A stretch of DNA of 64,000 nt from positions 43,468 through 107,467 of IMG/VR virus record IMGVR_UViG_3300014204_000107; one strand, written 5' to 3'. Below are positions 38,037 through 46,698 of this stretch, in pieces (position 1 is the first letter of the stretch; each line of letters starts with the position of its first letter). Below the pieces are notes generated by a model. That model was not told the DNA's origin. It was given only the letters and a program-made list of their open reading frames with translations, and searched no databases. Source of the DNA: a virus (taxonomy: Duplodnaviria > Heunggongvirae > Uroviricota > Caudoviricetes). A program made the translations under genes and the position numbers.

Positions 38037-38255
38037 ATGAACGAACCAATAACATATAGTGACTTGCTAATAGGCATAATAGCAATTGTATTAGTGTGTG
38101 TTGCAACTTGGTTTGCAGCCAAATATTATGATAAGTATCTACAATGGAAAAGGCATAATTATATGAGTAGACTATGCCAATGCAAGAATAAAGAGATATG
38201 GAGAGAATCTAGAACTGGCAGAGGAGTATGTGCTAAGTGTGGAAGATATGTTTAA
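38037..38255 (+). CDS. small membrane protein with C-terminal CxxC…CxxC
   Basis: ORF. Confidence 0.35.
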   Translation: MNEPITYSDLLIGIIAIVLVCVATWFAAKYYDKYLQWKRHNYMSRLCQCKNKEIWRESRTGRGVCAKCGRYV

Positions 38256-38274
38256 TAAATAATTAATAAAAAAT

Positions 38275-39180
38275 ATGACAACAACAGAATTAAAAACTAT
38301 TTTATCTAATCATAAATTATGGTTAAATGGTAAAAAAAATGGAGTTTGTGCCGATTTAGGAGGTGTTGATTTAAGCGGTGCTAATTTAAGCAATGCTAAT
38401 TTAAGATATGCTAATTTACGCGGTGCTAATTTAAGCTATGCTAATTTAAGATGTGCTAATTTAAGCGGTGCTAATTTAAGCGGTGCTAATTTAAGCAATG
38501 CTAATTTACGCGGTGCTAATTTAAGCAATGCTAATTTAAGCAATGCTAATTTACGCGGTGCTGATTTAAGCGGTGCTGATTTAAGCGATGCTGATTTAAG
38601 CAATGCTGATTTAAGCAATGCTGATTTAAGCAATGCTGATTTAAGCAATGCTGATTTAAGCAATGCTGATTTAAGCAATGCTGATTTAAGCAATGCTAAT
38701 TTAAGCGGTGCTAATTTAAGCGGTGCTAATTTAGGCGGTGCTGATTTAAGCGGTGCTAATTTACGCGGTGCTAATTTACGCGGTGCTAATTTAAGATATA
38801 CTAATTTAAGCGGTGCTAATTTAAGCAATGCTAATTTACAAAATATTTTAATTAATGAATTATCAGCGTTCATACCATTATCGTGCCCCGAGGAAGGAAG
38901 TTTTATTGCATTTAAAACCGCGCAGAATCATATTATTAAATTATTAATACCAGAAGACGCAAAACGGAGTTCGGCAACATCATATAAATGTAGAGCATCA
39001 AAGGCAAAAGTACTTGAAATTAGTGATGAACTATCAAGCATACAATCTGATTATGATAACAACTTTGTCTATGCTGTTGGTGAAACAATTGAAGTAGATA
39101 ATTTTGATGAGTGTAGATGGAATGAATGCTCAACTGGAATACACTTTTTTATGTCTAAAGAACTTGCAAGGCAATATTAA
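38275..39180 (+). CDS. pentapeptide-repeat protein (about 35 A[ND]L[SR]xA repeats) with C-terminal globular domain
   Basis: Tandem pentapeptide repeats; N-terminal [13 protein letters not shown] shared with 15698. Confidence 0.65.
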   Translation: MTTTELKTILSNHKLWLNGKKNGVCADLGGVDLSGANLSNANLRYANLRGANLSYANLRCANLSGANLSGANLSNANLRGANLSNANLSNANLRGADLSGADLSDADLSNADLSNADLSNADLSNADLSNADLSNADLSNANLSGANLSGANLGGADLSGANLRGANLRGANLRYTNLSGANLSNANLQNILINELSAFIPLSCPEEGSFIAFKTAQNHIIKLLIPEDAKRSSATSYKCRASKAKVLEISDELSSIQSDYDNNFVYAVGETIEVDNFDECRWNECSTGIHFFMSKELARQY

Positions 39181-39185
39181 TAACA

Positions 39186-39424
39186 TGGAATACAACGTAG
39201 ACGAACAAGGTATTAAATATAATAGTGAAATGGTTTGCGCCGAGTCATTATTTAAGAATGGTAAAAGCATAAGAAAGGCAAGTGTAATGTATTTGGAAGA
39301 TAATGTGATATGTGATTGTTGTGATGAAATAGCAACCTGCGCTATTATGAGTCCATTAGGACATTATACAATGCATATATGTGCAAATTGCTGCCAAGCA
39401 ATAATAAATCTAATAAATGAATAA
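39186..39424 (+). CDS. small Cys-rich protein
   Basis: ORF, start after upstream stop. Confidence 0.4.
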
Positions 39425-39642
39425 TGATTACAGAATTACAATTGATATGCGGCAAACTTGTAAAAGAAACAGATAACGCATGGTGTGTTGAAGATTTTAA
39501 AGTATATGCTCAAAGCTTTGATACAGTAATATTAATATCAAAACAAGCATGGTTTCCTAAATCAGTATGTTACCCGCATCCTTCGAAGGATGATATGATA
39601 ATTTTAATGGTGCCTGATTGGCTAATTCAAAAATTAATATAA
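39424..39642 (+). CDS. small protein of TEKA/W[IF]PKS family (TDNAW…AWFPKSV)
   Basis: Motif. Confidence 0.4.
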   Translation: MITELQLICGKLVKETDNAWCVEDFKVYAQSFDTVILISKQAWFPKSVCYPHPSKDDMIILMVPDWLIQKLI

Positions 39643-39654
39643 TGAATAATTAAT

Positions 39655-39885
39655 ATGAAAAGATACAGAATATCAAAAGACACATTCGCAGATAATCACG
39701 CAGAATATATAGCAGAATGCCAATCAGTGCCAACTGATATAGATTTATGGGAGCCAGTTCCACTAATTCATGGACATACGAGCAATCCAAAAACATATGA
39801 ATATTGCTTAGCACAAATAGAAATGGATAAGGCAGAAACATTAGCAAAGACCCGCATCAGTACAGAAATTATTGAAATAGTATGA
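39655..39885 (+). CDS. small hypothetical protein
   Basis: ORF. Confidence 0.4.
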   Translation: MKRYRISKDTFADNHAEYIAECQSVPTDIDLWEPVPLIHGHTSNPKTYEYCLAQIEMDKAETLAKTRISTEIIEIV

Positions 39886-39907
39886 TAACAATTAAAAACA
39901 AATAAAT

Positions 39908-40348
39908 ATGTGCTTTTTCATACCAAAAAATGCAACCAAGCAAATAGCAATTCAAGATATTGAATGCTATAAATATGGATATTATTATAAACAAAACAAC
40001 CCAGAACTGTATAAACATGCATTTCTAACTCGGCCATTCTGGAGATATGTAAAGGGAATCAGCAAACAAATAGAAGTATTTGATTCACCTGTATTTGATC
40101 ATATATGGTTTAAGAATAAACTGCAACCAACGGTTAAGCTTAATATTGATATAAAAGATAATGTAATATTGGATGGATACCATGCATATACTACATATGA
40201 TAATGTAGTGGTAGCGTATGGGACATGCCCGCGGGTTAATATTAAAATCGGAAAATTTATAATACCCAAAGGAGCAGAATATTACCACAATCCAGAAATA
40301 GAACAATATGTGGCAACCCAAATGATATTTATAGATTTTATAGAATAA
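39908..40348 (+). CDS. hypothetical protein, paralogue of 34708-35112
   Basis: Shared motifs. Confidence 0.4.
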   Translation: MCFFIPKNATKQIAIQDIECYKYGYYYKQNNPELYKHAFLTRPFWRYVKGISKQIEVFDSPVFDHIWFKNKLQPTVKLNIDIKDNVILDGYHAYTTYDNVVVAYGTCPRVNIKIGKFIIPKGAEYYHNPEIEQYVATQMIFIDFIE

Positions 40349-40665
40349 TGGTAAAAGCAGAGCTACATGGTGAGTTAATAACACAAACAGAAAAAGCAAT
40401 CCTGTTTGAAATAGCAATGATTTCATATTGTAATTATAGTGAAGATGCATTACATATTATAAGTATGGATACATGTCATATATATCTTGCACCACAATGG
40501 ATAGCACTCAAACTATTAGATGACCATACGCTATTTAAATTAGAATTTTTTAAAACCCACCCAAAATTTCTTATAGATTGCAATCTTAATATATGGCCAG
40601 AAGTACCAATATGGTTTGCAGACCAACTATTAAATAAAAACAATAAACAACAAAACAATGGATAA
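40348..40665 (+). CDS. small protein of TEKA family (TEKAILFEIAMISY)
   Basis: Motif. Confidence 0.4.
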   Translation: MVKAELHGELITQTEKAILFEIAMISYCNYSEDALHIISMDTCHIYLAPQWIALKLLDDHTLFKLEFFKTHPKFLIDCNLNIWPEVPIWFADQLLNKNNKQQNNG

Positions 40666-41014
40666 ATTTATATTAGTCGGCAATAGTGACATTATTAATT
40701 GTAATCACATTCGCAGATATTCTTTTAATAGTAAAGATAAAAATAAATTACAATTAACAGTATATTATACTGCAGATACATCTGATAATATCAATATACG
40801 GCAAGGCATACCAAAAGACTTATGGATTAAACACCTAATAAGGTTCTTAACTGGCGGGGATTCTTCTAAAATATATGATGTTGGTTGTGCAGCAGACGAA
40901 CTATTAAAGACTGTTAACATGATGGAAGGCCCGCCAAAAGAAACAAAACCAATAATAGCTGATACGCAAAACATAGCAGAAACCTATGTACCTGACGTAC
41001 CTATTGTGCATTAA
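40658..41014 (+). CDS. hypothetical protein
   Basis: ORF. Confidence 0.4.
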   Translation: MDKFILVGNSDIINCNHIRRYSFNSKDKNKLQLTVYYTADTSDNINIRQGIPKDLWIKHLIRFLTGGDSSKIYDVGCAADELLKTVNMMEGPPKETKPIIADTQNIAETYVPDVPIVH

Positions 41015-41016
41015 TA

Positions 41017-41268
41017 TTGCAACCGAGCATGCCACTAATACAATTTGATTTTGATAGAGTATCAGACAAGGCATTTCACGTATGTAATAATATAATATTG
41101 CATTATGTCCATGAAGTTTATTTAATGACAGTCGGCAATCGCAGAAATGATATATGGGTGCCAATAAGCCAATTGCAAGATATTAATATTTGGATGATTA
41201 ATGAACTATCAGCAGACATATCAGCTTGGCTAGCAGAAAGGCTTATAAAGAATATACCACTAATTTAA
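41017..41268 (+). CDS. small protein of TEKA/WxPxSQL family (SDKAF…DIWVPISQLQDIN…WLAERLI)
   Basis: Motif shared with 41510. Confidence 0.4.
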   Translation: MQPSMPLIQFDFDRVSDKAFHVCNNIILHYVHEVYLMTVGNRRNDIWVPISQLQDINIWMINELSADISAWLAERLIKNIPLI

Positions 41269-41281
41269 ATCAAGCAAACAT

Positions 41282-41488
41282 ATGTACAATAACGTAAAAT
41301 TAGGGCTAACGGAAGTGCAAGCAGCAAATATCCTAAAGAATATGGGATATAAAATAGAAATATATAAATATCCTAATGCGGAAAACCATTATGTATTTAA
41401 AGACTCTAATGGTGAAGAGCATACAGTGCAAACACTATTCGATAAAGTATTCTATAATTTCCTGCTTAACAATATGAAAGCAGAATAG
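41282..41488 (+). CDS. small hypothetical protein
   Basis: ORF. Confidence 0.35.
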   Translation: MYNNVKLGLTEVQAANILKNMGYKIEIYKYPNAENHYVFKDSNGEEHTVQTLFDKVFYNFLLNNMKAE

Positions 41489-41509
41489 CAATCGAGCAGA
41501 CCTAACATT

Positions 41510-41758
41510 ATGGCATACATAACTATTAATTATAGTATAGAAACGGACCTGGCATATAAAGTATATACTAGCATCTTTGTATTTATTAAAAAAGCAACCT
41601 ATTTTAAATATTTATTGCCAAACCACGAAGATATATGGATACCCAAAAGCCAATTAAAAAATATAAATACGTCTAATGAAGCAAAAATAATTCAAGCAAT
41701 AATAACAGATTGGTTGGCAGAAAAGCTAATAGCAGATTATAACCTTGCAGCAAAATAG
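41510..41758 (+). CDS. small protein of TEKA/WxPKSQL family (ETDLAY…DIWIPKSQLKNIN…WLAEKLI)
   Basis: Motif. Confidence 0.4.
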   Translation: MAYITINYSIETDLAYKVYTSIFVFIKKATYFKYLLPNHEDIWIPKSQLKNINTSNEAKIIQAIITDWLAEKLIADYNLAAK

Positions 41759-41809
41759 CTTATGATTGTCAAGCAGAAATTGCAACCAAGCAATCCTAAT
41801 AACTAATAT

Positions 41810-42103
41810 ATGCAATGGTTTGTTTATATAGTAGAATGCAATGATAATACCTTATATACAGGTATAACTAACAATATAGAGCTGCGCATACAAAAGCATA
41901 ATACAAAAAAAGGAGCAAAATATACGAAAGCAAGACTGCCAGTCAAACTAATATATAATCAAGAGTGTGCAAGCAAATCGGCAGCCCTAAAAGAAGAATA
42001 TAGAATCAAGCAACTAACAAAAAAGGAAAAGCTAGAATTAATAAGAAATTGCAACCAAACAACCCCAATATATGAACAAGGCAGTACAAATAACAATTAT
42101 TGA
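41810..42103 (+). CDS. GIY-YIG nuclease-domain protein (small stand-alone, YIVECNDNTLYTGITNN…R…H…KGAKYT)
   Basis: GIY…YIG core with conserved R, H, and KGAKYT. Confidence 0.55.
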   Translation: MQWFVYIVECNDNTLYTGITNNIELRIQKHNTKKGAKYTKARLPVKLIYNQECASKSAALKEEYRIKQLTKKEKLELIRNCNQTTPIYEQGSTNNNY

Positions 42104-42290
42104 AACAGAAGACTGGACATCCAGCACTCCAATAGGTAGGTATATTGTTATAGTAAAAGTAACACCAGAATTTATGCAGGAGCCAGAACATATTGTGAGC
42201 CACAGTGAAAAGGCAGAATATATAGCGCAAGAAATTAAAGAAGAATTCTTAAAGAAATTGCAACCGAGCAAGCCAACTACCACATATTAA
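42072..42290 (+). CDS. small hypothetical protein
   Basis: ORF. Confidence 0.35.
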   Translation: MNKAVQITIIETEDWTSSTPIGRYIVIVKVTPEFMQEPEHIVSHSEKAEYIAQEIKEEFLKKLQPSKPTTTY

Positions 42291-43005
42291 TAAAAACCTA
42301 GAAATTGCAACCAAACTATATAATTTGGAAATTGCAACCAATTACCTAATATACAATAAGGTAATAATATTATAGCAAATAACTAAATACCAAGAAATTG
42401 CAACCAACAAGAATTTGCAACCAACCAACTAATCCATACCGTATAAATGACAGTAGGTAAATAGTACAAATAGCCTGCTCCAGAAATTGCAACCAACGTA
42501 AAAATCAATAGGTTGGGGAGACGGAGGACGGTGTCTGGCTTGACTGTGCATCTTTATTCAAGCGTCTACCTAATAAGACCACGACCGACCTAACCATTTA
42601 AATTGCATAACCAGTTTTAGCTGTTACGCATATAGCGGTAACCACATAGCAATAATGTCGCGGATGCATATTATTCTTCCAGCCTAATTGCAGTAGGTAG
42701 CTCGTGTTTCTTCCATATGTTATATTATACGCTATATCTATTACACTAAATAGAACGTAATAGTTTGCGTTATTGCTATAGGTGTCCTGCACCCATCCCG
42801 GAATAGATTATTCCTCGGTGTCTGCACATTGCGTTAAGTTGCTTTAATTGTGTTAGAAAACTGCGTCTTTCATACTGTTGTTCTATTGTATAAGGTAAAG
42901 GTAGGAAGAATAGTTGAGATACACAAATTTAATTTTATGCTTCGTTAGTGTTGCTTGGTGTAGGTTTATATAGTGCTATAGAAGCATAGCAGATAGATTT
43001 GGTAG

Positions 43006-43045
43006 AGTGGTATATTATTCCTATATTTGTATATAACAAAATTAA
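43006..43045 (+). promoter_or_regulatory. variant of the recurring TTTGGTAG…TTT…TATAACAA promoter/leader motif
   Basis: Motif similarity; precedes ATG 43054. Confidence 0.35.
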
Positions 43046-43053
43046 CCAAACAA

Positions 43054-43293
43054 ATGAAAGTAAAAGTTGAAGAAACGGGTAAACCCGTATTGATCCCAAT
43101 GTGTGATATGGAACCTGGGCAAATGGCAGTTGTTGTTGACGATATGGCCGGCGACAATAACAGAGACTCTATTATACTGCGCACAGAGAAAGCAATAGCT
43201 GACTTTATGGACCCTTTGCTCGATTGGGAAATAGACTGTGAATTCAAAGTGAGAATCCTTCCCAAAGGCACCAAGATTGAAATTACTGCATAA
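43054..43293 (+). CDS. small protein, tandem paralogue family member 1 (MKVKVEETGKPVLIPM…ILRTEKAIADF…LPKGTKIEITA)
   Basis: Four tandem paralogues. Confidence 0.4.
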   Translation: MKVKVEETGKPVLIPMCDMEPGQMAVVVDDMAGDNNRDSIILRTEKAIADFMDPLLDWEIDCEFKVRILPKGTKIEITA

Positions 43294-43310
43294 CAAATTA
43301 ACCCAAACAA

Positions 43311-43550
43311 ATGAAAGTAAAAATTAAAGGAGAGGCTAAACCCGCATTGATCCCAATGTATGAAATGGTGCGTGGCCAGATCGCTAGAATTGTTGATACG
43401 TGCGCCGATAGTTATAACGGTTCTATCGTATTACGCAGTGAGAAAACTATTGTCGATTTAAAATCTCATCACGTAGATTGGTGCATGACATGCACTTATA
43501 AAGTAGAACTGTTGCCAGCCGGCACGGTCATTGAATTAACCGTTGAATAA
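43311..43550 (+). CDS. tandem paralogue 2
   Basis: Shared MKVKIKGEAKPALIPM…VLRSEKTIVDL…LLPAGTVIELTV. Confidence 0.4.
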   Translation: MKVKIKGEAKPALIPMYEMVRGQIARIVDTCADSYNGSIVLRSEKTIVDLKSHHVDWCMTCTYKVELLPAGTVIELTVE

Positions 43551-43558
43551 AAAAAAAT

Positions 43559-43798
43559 ATGAAAGCAAAAATAGTAAAAGAGGCTGCGCCTGCAGTCATG
43601 AAGATGAATGAACTTAAACCAGGACAGGTCGCTAAGATCAATGACCCTGATATTGGCCCCCACCATATGGGCAAAGTTATACTACGGACACAGCATTCAT
43701 TGGTTGATTTAGATGATCCAATTATAGATTTCTGCTTAGGAGCCGGTTGGGATGTAGAATTGCTCCCCGCTGGGACGGTTATCAAAATTACAGTCTAA
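43559..43798 (+). CDS. tandem paralogue 3
   Basis: Shared motifs. Confidence 0.4.
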   Translation: MKAKIVKEAAPAVMKMNELKPGQVAKINDPDIGPHHMGKVILRTQHSLVDLDDPIIDFCLGAGWDVELLPAGTVIKITV

Positions 43799-43866
43799 CT
43801 GATAAACGCAAGAAAAATGAATACAATCAAAGTTAAAAGACCCAAGGAACTTGTGCGGGACAAAAA

Positions 43867-44064
43867 ATGAAAATTGGCAAATTTGGCCAGATTAAAGAGG
43901 GATTTTATAAAGACCATATTGTATTGCGTGCTGATAGCAGCATATGGATTGATTTGACAGACCCGGAATACAATTGGACTAATGGCATTACATATCCTGT
44001 TGACGCACGGATATTGCTGGTTGGCACCACACTTGAGTTGGTTATTGGTAATAGTGCCATCTAA
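43867..44064 (+). CDS. tandem paralogue 4 (divergent, shorter)
   Basis: HIVLRADSSIWIDL…LLVGTTLELVIG resembles the family C-terminus. Confidence 0.35.
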   Translation: MKIGKFGQIKEGFYKDHIVLRADSSIWIDLTDPEYNWTNGITYPVDARILLVGTTLELVIGNSAI

Positions 44065-45034
44065 GCATTAGTGCTAATTCGATTTTTTATTTTTGGAAGA
44101 CTATATATTATAGAATAGGGTATCTGTGGTATTATACCAGCGCACCTTAATGCTAAGCTATCGTTAAGGGTTAATGCGGGTACATAAAGAGGCTAGCGAA
44201 TGCCATTACGCTATATTAATGTTGCCGTAACAGCGGGTGCGTTAGTCCTGCTCGGGCCGTTGGTAGACAGGCGAAACGTTTTTTGTAGTGTGGCGGCTAT
44301 AAATCGTATGGGGCCAGACTTAGATACGCTGGTTGCAGATCTAAGCATATACCACATTTAATGGGTGGCTTTATTATTTGGTAAGCAGGGTTGCCAGCCT
44401 TGTATGTTGCATATAATCATTGAAATATGCTAGTGTAACTCATGCAAGCAATGAGGTTTAGGTATAGCATGGCTACCAACTGTGTATGTTGCGCGTATAA
44501 CATTTATAAAACGTGATAGTTTGCATGTTTGCTCGATAAAACATTGCATATACATTGCGCTAGCTGCATGAATTTTGAATCATCGGCTAGATATTTCTGT
44601 CTTTGGTCGTTGCATAATATGCTATAAAATACTATACACAATAGATTTATAGTTTAGAAGGGGTATTGGATATATTTTCGGCAAAATTTCTTAAAAAATA
44701 TGATAATAAAAACTCAGGGCGCGCGGATATTTTTACTCATATAAGATAGTTCCTATGCTCGATTTGAATAGTATTTAGTGTGCGCATATAGCCGATATGG
44801 GAAAATAATCAAATAATTTCATTTCGCGGGATTTTTAATACTGTTGGTATATGTGCTTCGGTATTTGCTGGATTGCTACAGATATTTAGAAAAGTTTGAT
44901 AAAAAAATGCCATGGTCGATAAAAATTAATTCGAGCGTTCTTATTGCGTTATATAATAGAATCGAAGTTATGGTTGGCGCGTGGCTGTATGCGTACGCAT
45001 GTGCGTGTACATATAATATAGGTGCACCAAAAAT

Positions 45035-45085
45035 AATTTGGTATTCTGGTATAATTTACTTACCTTTATTCTATAACAATAAAAG
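45035..45085 (+). promoter_or_regulatory. recurring promoter/leader motif (TTTGGTAT…CTTACCTTTATTCTATAACAATAAA)
   Basis: Motif; precedes ATG 45095. Confidence 0.45.
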
Positions 45086-45094
45086 ACAATTTAA

Positions 45095-45341
45095 TATGAA
45101 AACAAATTTTAGACCTATTTACGAAATTGCTCGCGAGATAAGGAGTGATTGGAAAAACGTATATTATGGCGCCGTGCCATATTTGGATGCTATGCGTTCC
45201 ATAACAAACATAACCGATGCTTATTATGCTGACTCAGCAAAAAGCGTTGTGTTGTATTTCCTTGCCAATGCCAATACCTGGAAAGGTGAGGTTGCTCGCA
45301 GAATTAAGAAAGAATTAAATGATATGTGCAAATACAGGTAA
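45095..45341 (+). CDS. small hypothetical protein
   Basis: Start chosen downstream of promoter motif (ORF-track ORF begins 44844). Confidence 0.35.
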
Positions 45342-45412
45342 TTAGATCTGCTCGACGTTCTTTTTATAACTATATTGGTATATAAACAAGTATGAACGTC
45401 GAGCAGATCTAA
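45342..45412 (+). repeat. 19-bp perfect inverted repeat (TTAGATCTGCTCGACGTTC / GAACGTCGAGCAGATCTAA) with 33-nt loop; the right arm matches the 21-nt motif GAACGTCGAGCAGATCTAACC
   Basis: Read directly; starts one base after stop codon of 45095-45341. Confidence 0.6.
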
Positions 45413-45447
45413 CCTTATCAAGCTAAATTTTTAAAATAATAAATATC

Positions 45448-45630
45448 ATGACAAAGAAAGAATTTAATGCATTAGCATTTGCTAACGGTTACGAACCCCG
45501 CTACAACGGAAAAGAAGGTACTATGTACTTAACTGCTAAGCCGGCAAGAAGGGTTACTGTGAATGCAAACTTTAAGAAGGAAGTAAAGGCACTTGACCTG
45601 GCTTTTACAGTAAAGTTTGAAACTGAATAG
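45448..45630 (+). CDS. small hypothetical protein
   Basis: ORF. Confidence 0.4.
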   Translation: MTKKEFNALAFANGYEPRYNGKEGTMYLTAKPARRVTVNANFKKEVKALDLAFTVKFETE

Positions 45631-45653
45631 TGGCATTATTGGCATATAAAATA

Positions 45654-45703
45654 AATTAGGTAGGTTGAGAATTTCTTCCTACCTTTATCTTGTAACAATA
45701 AAT
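45654..45703 (+). promoter_or_regulatory. recurring promoter/leader motif
   Basis: TTAGGTAGGTTGAGAATTTCTTCCTACCTTTATCTTGTAACAATAAA before ATG 45715. Confidence 0.45.
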
Positions 45704-45714
45704 AAATAAAAAAC

Positions 45715-46698
45715 ATGAAAACAAATTCAGTTAACGATTACGTTAGCTTTCTTCGCAAGAATGCTCCAACTTCCTTTTCGGAACGTGCGCTCAATAAGTA
45801 TGTATATGGAATTGAAATTGCAGATGGCGGCACGTACAAGAAATATAAAGAATTGTTAAGACGTGCAGTAAGTAAGGGATTGGTTGAAGTTATTCATGTT
45901 ACCGGAAAACGCCACAGGCTCGAATATAAATTTTCGACACAACCTTTGATCATGCCCAATTTTAGACACAGGGTGATGGAAATCCTTGGACTCAGGTATG
46001 GCGCGTATCTCAGTGTGTTTTCAGACCGGCGCAAGGGCAACAGGTTCCGTGTTAAGTTTTGGAATGAAGATGCTACTCCTGCACAAATGAACGAAATTGA
46101 GAAGTTAAGCAAGCATGTTAAGAAAGTCTATAGGTACAGTGGTTCGCTGTGTATCGTGCTTGATTGCAGAATGCGTGACTTAATTAATTACAATGATACA
46201 TATATTACGCGTCTGGAACTGAGGGCAATGGTAACATACATTCCTGGTAATTGTTCACCTCTCCCGGCAAAGAAAGCTGAACCTGTAGATAAATTTGACT
46301 TTTTGAAGAAAGCACATGCAGAAGGCAAAACCATTGAACTGTATTTTGGAGAAAAATGGCAAACCATTCTAAACCCATTATTTGATGATGACTTCTGCAA
46401 CTATCGCATTAAGTCAGATGATAAATTTGCTGACTTACAGAAAGCGTATGATGCCGGGGATAAAATTGAAGTTTTGCTCTTAGATGGTACTTGGTGTGAT
46501 ATTGTAGAACCAGGTTGGTCGCCAGAATACAAATATCGTGTTAAGACAGCACCAAAAAACATGCCTAAATCCGTTGCTAAAAGCAAAGAAAGCATCCTTG
46601 AAGAAATTGAACTGTTGGTAAAACAATTGCCAAAAGGCACTACTTGCAGACTGGTTCTCCCCGTTACTACAATTGCAACATATAATTATACATCATAA
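45715..46698 (+). CDS. hypothetical protein; C-terminus paralogous to 46907-47473
   Basis: Shared …EI(E/K)…VK(Q/R)LP(K/V)GTT… C-terminal block. Confidence 0.45.
   Translation: MKTNSVNDYVSFLRKNAPTSFSERALNKYVYGIEIADGGTYKKYKELLRRAVSKGLVEVIHVTGKRHRLEYKFSTQPLIMPNFRHRVMEILGLRYGAYLSVFSDRRKGNRFRVKFWNEDATPAQMNEIEKLSKHVKKVYRYSGSLCIVLDCRMRDLINYNDTYITRLELRAMVTYIPGNCSPLPAKKAEPVDKFDFLKKAHAEGKTIELYFGEKWQTILNPLFDDDFCNYRIKSDDKFADLQKAYDAGDKIEVLLLDGTWCDIVEPGWSPEYKYRVKTAPKNMPKSVAKSKESILEEIELLVKQLPKGTTCRLVLPVTTIATYNYTS

Larger units (their letters stand above)
41015..42496 (+). repeat. iteron cluster: 9 direct copies of GAAATTGCAACC[AG]A (41015, 41775, 42045, 42253, 42301, 42327, 42395, 42410, 42483), five of them packed into the ORF-free 42291-42500 segment
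   Basis: Exact and near-exact 14-mer direct repeats read from sequence. Confidence 0.55.

Noticed and set aside
38340-38870. CRISPR-like appearance: 15-bp unit repeated about 35 times
   Set aside because: The repeats are contiguous with no spacers, lie inside a long ORF and encode a pentapeptide-repeat protein. The same applies to 15770-15990.
38436-38873. 145-aa minus-strand ORF (LKLAPLKLA… repeats)
   Set aside because: It is the reverse-complement reading of the pentapeptide-repeat gene 38275-39180. The periodic DNA repeat keeps any frame open.
44844-45341. 165-aa ORF starting at 44844
   Set aside because: The N-terminal 83 codons overlap the GC-rich non-coding island. The promoter/leader motif sits inside them and is followed by ATG 45095, which was taken as the start.
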